From Patescibacteria group bacterium (GTDB taxonomy: Bacteria > Patescibacteriota > Patescibacteriia > Magasanikbacterales > GWA2-37-8), in contig JAKLGL010000002.1 of NCBI GenBank assembly GCA_022710645.1, positions 78,337 to 142,336 of the forward strand: 64,000 nucleotides of DNA. The letters run 5' to 3'. Numbering within the stretch: the first letter of the stretch is position 1; the number at the start of each line of letters is the position of its first letter. A model generated the notes under the pieces. That model worked only from the letters and a program-made list of their open reading frames with translations, made no database searches and was not told the origin of the DNA. Position numbers and translations under genes: made by a program. Of this stretch, positions 6,862 through 16,618 are shown piece by piece.

Positions 6862-9324
6862 TTACCCTCTCATTTCCGCTTTAAACTTTTCTTTCAAAAT
6901 ATTTGAAATTTTCCCCATCACTTCATCAACTTCTCCGGTATTAAGTGTTCTTTCCGAAGAACCGAAAATAAATCTGTAAGCCATGCTTTTATCCCCCGCT
7001 TTCACATGTTCACCTTCGTAAACATCAAAAAGTTCTGCGGATTTCAAAAGAGGATAAACATCTTTGATTTTGGAAATAATTTCTTGATGAGAAATATTTT
7101 TATCAACTGTAAAAGCTAAATCTCTTTCCACAGTCGGAAATTCGGAAATCGACGTGTAAGTAAAAGGATTTTTCTCTTTCAATATATCGAGCAAATCATT
7201 CAAATTAATTTCCAATACCCCGACTCTTTCGTTTAAATCCCATTTTTTCGCTGTGAGAGGATTGATTTCAAAAATCATACCGACCATTTTACCATCAATA
7301 AAAATTTCTCCCACTCTGCCCGGATGGGCAAAATTTTTCACAAACTTCGGAGCTTCAATCAAAAAGTCTGTTTTCAAATCCGCCATGATTTTTTCCAAAG
7401 CCAAACGAACTGGGAAAAATCCGCTTTGTCCTTTTTTGGAATAATTCACGATTGTCAACACACTATCTTGTCTCGGCAATAATTCATCATTATTGGAAAG
7501 AGCTCTCGGACCGGCCAATTCCGCCAAATAAATTTTACCGATTTCAAAAATATTCACTTGATCAAAATTTTCCATGTTTTTTTGAACATTTTCCAACACA
7601 TTCGGCAACAATTCTCGACGTAAATACGGTTTTTCTTTTGAAAGCGGATTATCAAGTTCCAAATATTTGGTTTTATCTTCGCCTAAACGTTCAATTTGAG
7701 CATCGCTGATAAAAGAATAATTATAAACTTCGTCATAAGCGAGTTCTTTGGATAAAATATTGCGTAAACGATGTTCCAAATCTCGCAATTCATTTTTCTC
7801 CGGCGGCGCAATTTCAAAAGACGGTAAAATACTTTCTATTTTATCGTAACCGTAAATTCTGCCTATTTCTTCGGCTAAATCCTCGGCCATGGAAATATCT
7901 TTGGTCGCGCGCCAGGTCGGAATTTTCACGCTTAAACCGTCTTTACCTTTTTCTTTAACTTCAAAACCCAAGCGTGTCAAGATACCGATAATTTCTTTTT
8001 TATCCAAATCAATTCCGATTTTCTTACAAATATCTCCGACACTGGTTTGAATCGGTCCGGTAGCCAAATGAAAATTCTTTTCATCTACTATATTACTTAC
8101 AACTTTGGCTTCCGGACAAAAATCCAATATCATTTCTACTGCTTTTTTCAAAGCATCAGACGTCATATTCGGATCCAAACTTTTTTCAAAACGCGCGGAA
8201 GAATCTGTGCGACTATCATAACGAAGCGCAGTTTTGCGAATATTTACCGGTTCAAAATTAGCTGATTCAAAAATAATTGTTGTTGTGCTATCACTGATAC
8301 CACTATCAAATCCGCCCATCACCCCAGCTAGAGCAATAGGTTTTTCTTCATCCGCAATTACCAAATCATTTTCCGTCAATTTAATCACTTTTTCATCAAG
8401 TAATTTAAAATCTTCTTCCGGTTTAGCGGTACGAACAATAATAGTTTTTGAATTTTTGTTTTTAGTTTTTAAATTATTGGCATCAAAAGCATGAAGTGGT
8501 TGTCCCAAATCATACATTATATAATTGGTAATATCCACGACATTGTTGATACTACGCAAACCAACAGCTGACAAACTTTGTTGCAACCAAAGCGGAGACG
8601 GCCCGATTTTTATTCCATCTACTACGACCGCCATATAACGCGGACACAATTTAATATCATCCACATCTACTTTTAATTTTATTTCTTTACCGGGAATAAT
8701 TTCTTTTGTTTCATAATTTTTTAATTCTCGTGGAAAAAGCACAGATACTTCACGCGCTATACCGTAATGTCCCCACAAATCCGGGCGGTTGGAAAGTGAT
8801 TTATTGTCAATTTCCAAAACTACATCGTCTAATCCTAAAGCTTTTTTCAATTCTGTTCCTGGTTTAAATTTCAATTCTGTAAAATCCAAAATTTCTTTCT
8901 CTCCTTTTGCCGGAAACATCTGTTCCAAACCGATTTCACTACCTCCACACATCATCCCGTAAGAATCTACATCGCGAATTTTGGTTGGTACAATTTCTAC
9001 CAAATCTTTTTCCCCATGCCAATGTACTTTGGCTCCGACTTTGGCCACTGCCACTAACATTCCATCCGCTACATTGCTACCACCACAAACAATTTGCAAA
9101 CTTTCTTTTCCTACATCCACCAAACACAATTTCAATTTATCAGCATTTGGATGTTTGTCAGCTTTGAGGACTTTTCCAACTACAATATTATGTAGCCCGT
9201 CACCTTGTCTGATAATATTTTCCACTTCTACCGTACTCAATTTCAATTTTTCCGCTACTATCTCCGGAGTAATGGAATCAGGCAAGGTAATATATTTTTT
9301 TAACCAATTGTAAGAAATATTCAT
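6862..9324 (-). CDS. pheT: Phenylalanine--tRNA ligase beta subunit.
   Basis: 820 aa. The N-terminus MNISYNWLKKYI is PheT-like, with the tRNA-binding and B3/4 regions arranged in PheT order and pheS immediately downstream in the operon (pheS is transcribed first on the minus strand). Confidence 0.9.
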   Translation of the reverse strand: MNISYNWLKKYITLPDSITPEIVAEKLKLSTVEVENIIRQGDGLHNIVVGKVLKADKHPNADKLKLCLVDVGKESLQIVCGGSNVADGMLVAVAKVGAKVHWHGEKDLVEIVPTKIRDVDSYGMMCGGSEIGLEQMFPAKGEKEILDFTELKFKPGTELKKALGLDDVVLEIDNKSLSNRPDLWGHYGIAREVSVLFPRELKNYETKEIIPGKEIKLKVDVDDIKLCPRYMAVVVDGIKIGPSPLWLQQSLSAVGLRSINNVVDITNYIMYDLGQPLHAFDANNLKTKNKNSKTIIVRTAKPEEDFKLLDEKVIKLTENDLVIADEEKPIALAGVMGGFDSGISDSTTTIIFESANFEPVNIRKTALRYDSRTDSSARFEKSLDPNMTSDALKKAVEMILDFCPEAKVVSNIVDEKNFHLATGPIQTSVGDICKKIGIDLDKKEIIGILTRLGFEVKEKGKDGLSVKIPTWRATKDISMAEDLAEEIGRIYGYDKIESILPSFEIAPPEKNELRDLEHRLRNILSKELAYDEVYNYSFISDAQIERLGEDKTKYLELDNPLSKEKPYLRRELLPNVLENVQKNMENFDQVNIFEIGKIYLAELAGPRALSNNDELLPRQDSVLTIVNYSKKGQSGFFPVRLALEKIMADLKTDFLIEAPKFVKNFAHPGRVGEIFIDGKMVGMIFEINPLTAKKWDLNERVGVLEINLNDLLDILKEKNPFTYTSISEFPTVERDLAFTVDKNISHQEIISKIKDVYPLLKSAELFDVYEGEHVKAGDKSMAYRFIFGSSERTLNTGEVDEVMGKISNILKEKFKAEMRG

Positions 9325-9336
9325 ATACTTTCAAAA

Positions 9337-10368
9337 TTAAAATTGTTTTACAAACCGAAGGTCACCACTCTGTAATAAACGAACATCATCGATTCCGTAT
9401 TTGAGCATTACCAAACGAGTTAGACCAAAACCAAAAGCAAAACCGCTGTAAACTTTCGGATCAAGTCCGCCATAATTCAAAACATTTGGATGAATCATAC
9501 CAGCACCAAAAATCTCCATCCAACCGGTGTGTTTACAAACACTACAACCTTTACCACCACACAACAAACAGGTCACTTCTCCGTTTACTCCCGGTTCTAC
9601 AAATGGATAAAATTTTGGACGTAAACGAACTTTTGTTTCCGGTCCAAATAAATTTTTTGCCACAGTTTCCAAAACCGCTTTCATGTGGCCAAAATTAATA
9701 TTTTTATCTATTACCACACCTTCCATTTGATAAAATGTATGTTCGTGACGAGCATCGGTGGATTCATTACGAAAACATCGTCCCGGAGTAATCATGCGAA
9801 GCGGAGCGCCATATTTTTCCATAGCCCGCACTTGATTGGCAGAAGTATGAGTTCGCATCAACCAATTTTCATGATTTTTGATATAAAAAGTATCTTGCGA
9901 TTCTCTGGCCGGGTGAGTCGGAGGAATATTGATTGCTTCAAAATTGTAATAATCACTTTCCAATTCAGAACTATCAAGTACCATAAAACCCATGGAGGTA
10001 AATAAATCTTCCAATTGTTTTTGCACAATAGAACTCGGATGAATATGTCCGCTTTCTTTTTTTGGTAAACACGGCTGACTCAAATCAATCTTTTCTTTGG
10101 TAATTTGTTCAGCAAAACCGGCATTGTTCAATTCTTCTCTTTTTTTATTGATTGATTCTTCTAATTCTTTTTTGATTTCATTGAGTATTTGTCCGAAATT
10201 TTTCTTTTCTTCCGGATTAAAATCTTTGAGACCTTTCATGAGTTCGGTTAATTCACCGTTTTTACGACCTAAATATTTATTTTCCAAACTTTCAAGTTCC
10301 TCCGCGGTTTTAACACTAATAATCGCGGGCAGAGCTTCATTTTTTAATTGTTGCAATTTTTCTTGCAT
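9337..10368 (-). CDS. pheS: Phenylalanine--tRNA ligase alpha subunit.
   Basis: 343 aa, class II aaRS core ...FRNESTDARHEHTFYQMEG... Adjacent to pheT. Confidence 0.9.
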   Translation of the reverse strand: MQEKLQQLKNEALPAIISVKTAEELESLENKYLGRKNGELTELMKGLKDFNPEEKKNFGQILNEIKKELEESINKKREELNNAGFAEQITKEKIDLSQPCLPKKESGHIHPSSIVQKQLEDLFTSMGFMVLDSSELESDYYNFEAINIPPTHPARESQDTFYIKNHENWLMRTHTSANQVRAMEKYGAPLRMITPGRCFRNESTDARHEHTFYQMEGVVIDKNINFGHMKAVLETVAKNLFGPETKVRLRPKFYPFVEPGVNGEVTCLLCGGKGCSVCKHTGWMEIFGAGMIHPNVLNYGGLDPKVYSGFAFGFGLTRLVMLKYGIDDVRLLQSGDLRFVKQF

Positions 10369-10373
10369 ATATA

Positions 10374-11534
10374 TTAAAATATTTTATTTATCAAATTTAC
10401 AAAAACTCCTTTAAACGCCGTTAAATCTTTGATAGTAACGGCCAAAATCAAAATCATGAGCAACATAAAACCAATCGAATGAGCGATTTGTTCAAATTTT
10501 GCCGGAGCTAATTTTTTATTTATTTTATTTAAAATCAAAAATAATAATCTTCCGCCATCAAGCGCTGGGATCGGTAAAATATTAATAAATGCTAAATTTA
10601 AAGATAAAATAGCGGTAAATTGGAGTAAATAAATAAAACCTAATTTTGCGATTTTACCCGTCATCACCGCGATTCCTACCGGTCCGGCCATGTCTCCGGC
10701 TACACTGGTACCAACAAATAATCCGACGATAAAATCATAAAAAGCTGTCGCAATAGCCCCAAACATCAAAAATGCATTTTTGAAACCGTAATAAAAAGCC
10801 AAATACCAAGGATAAGAAACCGTGCCCAATTCCGCGATTGCCACACCTATTCCCGCTTTACCGGTATCAGGATAAACAAAAGGTTTGATTTCTTTGGTGA
10901 TGATTTCTTCTCCGCGTTTTACAGAAACAGAAATATTTTCTTCTTTGTGAGAATTCACGTAATCTTGCATTTCTTTGAGACGAGGATTGTTAATAGAACC
11001 TACTTTTATCACTGTATCCCCCTCTTGTAGACCGGCTGTTTCCGCCGGTTTACCGGAAATAATTTGTAAAATCTCCACGCGTTGATTTTTTACTTTAGCG
11101 CTATTTGGCAGTTCCTCGGTAATCTGAGGTAAACCAAAAAGATAACCTATTCCAAAAAGAACACCGGCTAAAACTATATTCATTACAACACCGGCAACTA
11201 TGGTTATGGCTTTTGGCCAAAAACTTTTGGTTTGAAAACTATCTGGCGCCAAATCTTGTTCATTTTCTCCACGAATACTAACAAAACCTCCTAAAGGCAA
11301 CCAATTTATACTATATAAAGTATCGGCCGGACATTCTTTGGCTTCGTATTTACCGCCGACAAAACGAATTTTTTTGGTTATTGGATCTTTATACCAACCA
11401 AAAGCGCGCGGTGGAAAACCAAAACCAAATTCATAAACTTTCATCCCGCTTTTACGCGCAGAAATAAAATGTCCGACTTCGTGAGACAGAACAAGCACGG
11501 CGAGAACAGCGATGAAGATGATGAGGGTGGCCAT
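10374..11534 (-). CDS. rseP: RIP metalloprotease RseP (site-2 protease, M50) with a PDZ domain.
   Basis: HEVGHFISARKSGMKV (HExxH motif) and multiple TM helices, 386 aa. Confidence 0.8.
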   Translation of the reverse strand: MATLIIFIAVLAVLVLSHEVGHFISARKSGMKVYEFGFGFPPRAFGWYKDPITKKIRFVGGKYEAKECPADTLYSINWLPLGGFVSIRGENEQDLAPDSFQTKSFWPKAITIVAGVVMNIVLAGVLFGIGYLFGLPQITEELPNSAKVKNQRVEILQIISGKPAETAGLQEGDTVIKVGSINNPRLKEMQDYVNSHKEENISVSVKRGEEIITKEIKPFVYPDTGKAGIGVAIAELGTVSYPWYLAFYYGFKNAFLMFGAIATAFYDFIVGLFVGTSVAGDMAGPVGIAVMTGKIAKLGFIYLLQFTAILSLNLAFINILPIPALDGGRLLFLILNKINKKLAPAKFEQIAHSIGFMLLMILILAVTIKDLTAFKGVFVNLINKIF

Positions 11535-11640
11535 AAAAATATTGAATATTAAATATTGAATATTAGTTAGGATTTTTAGTTTTCTCCAATATCCAATATT
11601 CAGTATTCAATCTACTTGTCAAAAAGACTAATTTTATATA
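11535..11640. repeat. AT-rich intergenic palindromic repeat built on aatattgaatatt / ccaatattcagtattcaat motifs.
   Basis: aaaatattgaatattaaatattgaatattagttaggattttt ... ccaatatccaatattcagtattcaat. Related to the repeats at 12247-12364 and 46674-46780. Confidence 0.4.
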
Positions 11641-11679
11641 CAATAAAAAAACAATTAAGTAATTTTTAACTTAAAATCT

Positions 11680-12246
11680 ATGAGTATACTTTACATCGTT
11701 TTGGGGGTTTTGGCAATAGTCATAATTTGGCTTATTGCTACATATAACGGCTTGATTACAACAAAAAATCGCGTAGACGAAGCGCTTAGCGATATTGATG
11801 TTCAGCTCAAACGTCGTTATGATTTAATCCCGAATTTAGTGGAAACTGTCAAAGGCTATATGACCCACGAACAAAGCACTTTGATTAAATTGACCGAGGC
11901 TCGCGCTTCCGCTATGTCCGTTCATGATAATAAAAACGCTACTTTAGCCCAAAGAGAACAGGCCGAAAATGCCTTATCTTCCACTTTAAAATCTTTATTT
12001 GCCGTAACGGAAAATTATCCTGATCTCAAAGCCAGTCAAAATTTCTTGCAACTTCAAGATGAAATTTCCGATACAGAAAATAAAATCCAAGCTTCTCGCA
12101 GATTTTATAATGGTAATGTTCGTGATTTCAACACCAAAATTCAAATCTTCCCTACCAACCTTATCGCCGGAATGTTGAAATTTGTTAAATACGATTTTTT
12201 TCAAGCCGCCGAACAAGAGAGAAATAATGTACAAGTTAAATTCTAG
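11680..12246 (+). CDS. lemA: LemA family protein.
   Basis: N-terminal TM helix plus the IDVQLKRRYDLIPNLVETVKGY motif. It is paired with an htpX-like gene, as is common. Confidence 0.8.
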   Translation: MSILYIVLGVLAIVIIWLIATYNGLITTKNRVDEALSDIDVQLKRRYDLIPNLVETVKGYMTHEQSTLIKLTEARASAMSVHDNKNATLAQREQAENALSSTLKSLFAVTENYPDLKASQNFLQLQDEISDTENKIQASRRFYNGNVRDFNTKIQIFPTNLIAGMLKFVKYDFFQAAEQERNNVQVKF

Positions 12247-12364
12247 GAATTAAAGCTCTAAGCTCTAATTCCTAATCTCTAAACAATATTAAAAACAAAA
12301 TTTCAAAATTAGATATTTGATATTCAAACATTGTTTAGGATTTAGGGTTTAGGATTTAGGATTT
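12247..12364. repeat. MITE-like element: roughly 35-bp terminal inverted repeats (ctctaagctctaattcctaatctctaaacaatatt / aatattgtttaggattt...) around an AT-rich core. It ends in a TTTAGGA/TTTAGGG tandem heptamer run (about 4 units, 12334-12364).
   Basis: Same architecture and about 80% similarity to 46674-46780. Confidence 0.5.
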
Positions 12365-12370
12365 TGTTTT

Positions 12371-13270
12371 ATGTATAATGAAATAGCTTCAAACAAACGC
12401 AAATCTGTCTTTTTGATGATGTTTTTCATCGCCTTTATTATTCTCATTGGCTATATTTTTGATTTAGCTTATGGAAATAAAAACGGCATTTCCGGAATTT
12501 TTATCGCGGTGATTTTTTCTTTGGGCATGACAACTATCTCTTATTTTCAAGGAGATAAAATCGCGCTTAGCACTACCGGCGCCAAATTGGTGGAACATGA
12601 CGATAATAAATATTACTATCATTTGGTGGAAAATCTCTGTATTACCAACGGGATGCCGATGCCAAAACTCTATATCATAGAAGATCAAGCGATAAACGCT
12701 TTTGCCACCGGACGAAAACCAGAGTTAGCTTCTATTGCCGTGACTCGCGGAGCCTTGGAAAAACTAACTAACGAAGAAATGGAAGGCGTATTAGCTCATG
12801 AATTGTCACATATCAAAAATTATGATATTCGTTTTATGATGCTTGTGGCCGTGTTGGTCGGAGCTATTGCTATAATGTCGGACATTTTTTTACGGTCCGG
12901 TTTTTGGGGTGGACGCGGTAAAAACGATCGCGAAGGAAGCAGTAACCAACTGGCCGCTATTTTCATGGTTATCGGAATCATAATCGCAATTTTATCCCCT
13001 CTTATCGCCGAACTCATCAAACTAGCCGTATCACGTCAAAGAGAATATCTTGCCGATGCTTCCGGAGCTTTACTCACTCGTTACCCCGAAGGATTGGCCA
13101 ACGCCTTACAAAAAATATCCGAAGAAAACAGGCCTCTACAAAAAGCATCTTCAGCTACCGCCCATCTTTTCATCGCTTCGCCGTTTAGCGGTAAAAAACT
13201 TTCCGCTATGTTTTCAACTCACCCGCCGGTAGAAGAAAGAATCAAAAGATTAAGGTCAATGGGAAGATAA
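12371..13270 (+). CDS. htpX: M48 family zinc metalloprotease, HtpX-like.
   Basis: VLAHELSHIKNYD (HExxH motif), four TM segments, 299 aa. Confidence 0.8.
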   Translation: MYNEIASNKRKSVFLMMFFIAFIILIGYIFDLAYGNKNGISGIFIAVIFSLGMTTISYFQGDKIALSTTGAKLVEHDDNKYYYHLVENLCITNGMPMPKLYIIEDQAINAFATGRKPELASIAVTRGALEKLTNEEMEGVLAHELSHIKNYDIRFMMLVAVLVGAIAIMSDIFLRSGFWGGRGKNDREGSSNQLAAIFMVIGIIIAILSPLIAELIKLAVSRQREYLADASGALLTRYPEGLANALQKISEENRPLQKASSATAHLFIASPFSGKKLSAMFSTHPPVEERIKRLRSMGR

Positions 13271-13318
13271 AAAATTCAATTTTAAATAAAAAAAAGGCAG
13301 GCCGATAAACGACCTGCT

Positions 13319-13858
13319 TTATTTATTGTCCGCAATCAGCTGGCACAACTCTTTGGCCAGAACCGAGGGACTTTTTAAAAAATCTTCACCTTTCAAAGAA
13401 GGAAAATCTTTTCCGGGTTTTGCTCCGCGACGGAGAAGGTCTTCAACAAATTCTATGCCGTAAAATTTCTTTGTTACTGCGGCATATTCAACAGACAACA
13501 GAAGAGCTGATTTCTTTTCGCTGGTTTGAATATTTACTTCAACCCCTAGCTCTAAAAGTTCTCTAAAAAGAGAGCTGTCCCGTTGACATATCGCTATCTC
13601 CAATAACGATATCCCCTCAACATCCGTCCCGTTTAATTGCAATCCATTTTCTTTGAAAATTTTGAGTAAAAAGACAGCTTGGCGTCGCGAAAAAATACGC
13701 ACCAAAAAACCTTTTTTTACTCCAAAAATGCAATTAGGGTCGACTTCTCCGGACAAAAGCCAGAAAGGCACATCTTCAAACCACCCTTTTTCAAGAGCTT
13801 TGATAAACTCCTTTTTATTTTCTTCAGGAGTTAAAGATTGCTTCATACGTCCACTCAT
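13319..13858 (-). CDS. Ankyrin-repeat-like hypothetical protein.
   Basis: GISLLEIAICQRDSSLFRELLELGVEVN fits an ankyrin repeat consensus. Hairpin terminators flank it on both sides. Confidence 0.45.
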   Translation of the reverse strand: MSGRMKQSLTPEENKKEFIKALEKGWFEDVPFWLLSGEVDPNCIFGVKKGFLVRIFSRRQAVFLLKIFKENGLQLNGTDVEGISLLEIAICQRDSSLFRELLELGVEVNIQTSEKKSALLLSVEYAAVTKKFYGIEFVEDLLRRGAKPGKDFPSLKGEDFLKSPSVLAKELCQLIADNK

Positions 13859-13990
13859 CTTTTTACCCCTTTTGTTTTATTATAAAGAACTAACATATAA
13901 TTTAAGCATAAAATAACAAAAAAGTCAATGTTTTGATATTTATTGAAATAAAAAACCGGGGTCTTCGTAAACCCCGGTAGACTGAACGAA

Positions 13991-14377
13991 CTATCTTATT
14001 CCGTATCTTTTTCCTACGAAATAACAGGCAAGGTGATCATTGAAATTTTTTCTGATAAATTTCATCTGGTTGAAATTGACTACGACATATACCAATTCAC
14101 CGTTAGTACACGCCGATGCGTAATTTTTTATGAAAGATATCATTGCTTTCTGATCGTGTTCCGCCTCCAAAAAAGAACTTGCTATCGGTTTAATCTGCAT
14201 GCAGTCGCTTATCTTTCTTCCAATTTCATAAGACTGCCCAGTATGCGCGCAAAGCACGCGTTTTTCAGGTTTTTTAATGGCAAAGTCTTTGATTCCTCGA
14301 TCAAATTCTTCAACCACCATTTCAGGATTTTGACAATGATTAGCAGAAACAAACACAATTCCGGATTCTGACGGCAT
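13991..14377 (-). CDS. Hypothetical protein (128 aa) with strong RBS GGAGGGA.
   Basis: ORF with taggagggaacgATG. It is preceded by a 44-aa small ORF and the CCCCGC hairpin/promoter module. A terminator lies at 13955-13980. Confidence 0.5.
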   Translation of the reverse strand: MPSESGIVFVSANHCQNPEMVVEEFDRGIKDFAIKKPEKRVLCAHTGQSYEIGRKISDCMQIKPIASSFLEAEHDQKAMISFIKNYASACTNGELVYVVVNFNQMKFIRKNFNDHLACYFVGKRYGIR

Positions 14378-14386
14378 CGTTCCCTC

Positions 14387-14518
14387 CTAAAAATGAAAAG
14401 ATCTTACTGAAAATCTGCCATACCTTTTTTTACCGCCTAACATTGAATTTACGGCAATACCGCAAATCAATATTAGCAGAATGAAATAAACCAATCCGTT
14501 AATAAAAACGCGTTTCAT
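14387..14518 (-). CDS. Possible 44-aa hydrophobic peptide, MKRVFINGLVYFILLILICGIAVNSMLGGKKRYGRFSVRSFHF.
   Basis: Short ORF between the promoter module and the 128-aa gene. It has a single predicted TM helix. Not in the ORF track because of its size. Confidence 0.3.
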   Translation of the reverse strand: MKRVFINGLVYFILLILICGIAVNSMLGGKKRYGRFSVRSFHF

Positions 14519-14559
14519 TTAACACCTCATGTGCGTATGATGAATAAAGAGCTCGCATC

Positions 14560-14603
14560 AGTATAAACTAAAATTTATCTTTTGTCAACCCCGCTAAGCG
14601 GGG
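14560..14603 (-). promoter_or_regulatory. Third copy of the CCCCGC-hairpin plus TTGACA-17-TATACT promoter module.
   Basis: Plus strand tgtcaa at 14583-14588, ccccgctaagcgggg at 14589-14603, and -10 agtata at 14560-14565. Confidence 0.45.
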
Positions 14604-14696
14604 CCCCGTCCCATTCCATAACTTCTACCTACAAAAAAACCAGCTTTAAACTGGTTTTTTTGTTTGTTTTAACCTTTAAACGGAACTAATTTTAAA

Positions 14697-16052
14697 CTAT
14701 TTTTCAATAATTTGCCTTATTTCAGAGGTTTTTTTCACCACTATTTCCTCGTCTATTCCTTCCAAATTCAATCTTAATAGAGATTCCGTGTTACTCACTC
14801 TGACGTTAAACCAAAAATCAGGATATTCAAAAGTCAGCCCGTCCAAATCGGAAATTTTGGCATCCGCGAATTTTTCTTTGAGTTTTTCCAGTACCGCGGT
14901 TTTGTCCGCAACTTTAAAATTTATTTCTCCGGAATGGAAATATTTTTTCAAAGGTTTTACATAGTCAGCCAAGGAAATATTTTTTTCTGAAAGTTCTTGC
15001 AATAATTTTAAAGTCACAATCATTGGCGCTTCAAAAACTCCGTAAGGAAATTTTGCAAAAAAATGTCCAGAAGATTCTCCGCCAAAAACCGCACCTGTTT
15101 CAAGCATCTGTTTTTTGATAAGCGAATGACCGACTCGAGTCACACTTGGCACTCCTCCGTTTTGTAAAATCATATCGCGAGTAATTTTTCCCGGACGAAT
15201 GTCATAGCAAATCGTGCTTCCCGGGTTATCACGTAAAAATAATTCCGCCATAATCCCGCGTATTATAGCGGGTTCTACCAATTCTCCGGTGTTATCAACA
15301 AAAAATATTCTATCTCCGTCACCATCGGTCGCAATACCCAAATCAGCATTTTCTTCCAAAACACGTTTTCTTAAATCTGTATTATTTTCTTCTTTAAACG
15401 GATCAGCTTCGTGAGCCGGAAAAGTGCCGTCCAAATCAAAATTCATTTTTATGAGTTCTATTTGCGGTAAATCTCTAAATAATTCTTCCAAATATTGAGC
15501 TCCCATAGCATTGGCCGTATCCACGACTATTTTCATGGGTTTTATTTTTTTTAAATCCGCAAATTTTTCTTCTTCTTTTATCTGGGCAAACAATATTTCT
15601 TCTTTCAAAACAACATTACCTTTGTTTTCAGAAATTATAAATTCGTTTTGTTCCACCCATTTTTGCAATTCTTCCATACCGTTGCCTTGACCAAAAGGTT
15701 TAGCTCCTTCACGCACAATTTTTATCCCATTATATTGCGCCGGATTGTGCGAAGCGGAAACCATTAACCCTCCATCATAACCGAAATAAGCAACAGAAAA
15801 ATAAAAAGTCGGAGTGGAAACCAAGCCAACATCAATTACCCGAACTCCGCTTTGAATCAATCCTTCAACCACTTGTTTTTTTAAACTCGGAGAAGATATT
15901 CTCATATCAGCACCTACCACAATGGTAATTTGCTCTTTATTTAGCTCTTTTTTACGCATCAAAGCAAAGGCTTGAGCGATTTTTTTAGCCAATTCTTCAT
16001 TTAACTCTTGCGGATAAATACCGCGGATATCATAAGCCTTATAAATTGACAT
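14697..16052 (-). CDS. Phosphoglucomutase/phosphomannomutase family (alpha-D-phosphohexomutase).
   Basis: MSIYKAYDIRGIYP N-terminus and the SASHNP active-site phosphoserine loop. 451 aa. Terminator hairpin at 14637-14670. Confidence 0.8.
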   Translation of the reverse strand: MSIYKAYDIRGIYPQELNEELAKKIAQAFALMRKKELNKEQITIVVGADMRISSPSLKKQVVEGLIQSGVRVIDVGLVSTPTFYFSVAYFGYDGGLMVSASHNPAQYNGIKIVREGAKPFGQGNGMEELQKWVEQNEFIISENKGNVVLKEEILFAQIKEEEKFADLKKIKPMKIVVDTANAMGAQYLEELFRDLPQIELIKMNFDLDGTFPAHEADPFKEENNTDLRKRVLEENADLGIATDGDGDRIFFVDNTGELVEPAIIRGIMAELFLRDNPGSTICYDIRPGKITRDMILQNGGVPSVTRVGHSLIKKQMLETGAVFGGESSGHFFAKFPYGVFEAPMIVTLKLLQELSEKNISLADYVKPLKKYFHSGEINFKVADKTAVLEKLKEKFADAKISDLDGLTFEYPDFWFNVRVSNTESLLRLNLEGIDEEIVVKKTSEIRQIIEK

Positions 16053-16139
16053 AGACTATTGAAATTAGATCTTGTTTTTTATATAAAAAAATTATATAAT
16101 AACCCCGAGAATTAAGCAAATTCCTATTTTTGATTTTAT

Positions 16140-16610
16140 ATGAAAAAAATATTAACTCTTTGCATAGTTCACGATGAAAGTAGAGTTCTTTTGGGTATGA
16201 AAAAACGCGGTTTTGGAATGGATAAATGGAACGGATTTGGAGGAAAAATTCAAGACGGAGAGACTATTGAACAGGCAGCTGTTCGCGAATTACAAGAAGA
16301 AGCAGGTATTACCCCTTTAAAAATGGAACAATTTGGTTTATTAAACTTTAAATTTCAAGACGGTGCGAGTGAAGAAATGGAAGTAGCGGTTTTTTCTGTC
16401 ACCGATTTTGATGGTATTCCGACCGAAAGCGAAGAAATGCGTCCCGCATGGTTTCTCAAAAGCGAAATACCTTACGAAAAAATGTGGGCTGATGACAAAT
16501 ATTGGCTACCACTACTTTTTGCCGGAAAAAAATTTAACGGCAATTTTGAATATATGGATTACAATATCATGCTTAGTCATGAAGTGGAAGAATTAAATCA
16601 AATCTTGTAA
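16140..16610 (+). CDS. NUDIX hydrolase (MutT-like).
   Basis: Nudix box GGKIQDGETIEQAAVRELQEEAGI. Confidence 0.75.
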   Translation: MKKILTLCIVHDESRVLLGMKKRGFGMDKWNGFGGKIQDGETIEQAAVRELQEEAGITPLKMEQFGLLNFKFQDGASEEMEVAVFSVTDFDGIPTESEEMRPAWFLKSEIPYEKMWADDKYWLPLLFAGKKFNGNFEYMDYNIMLSHEVEELNQIL

Positions 16611-16618
16611 TTATAATT

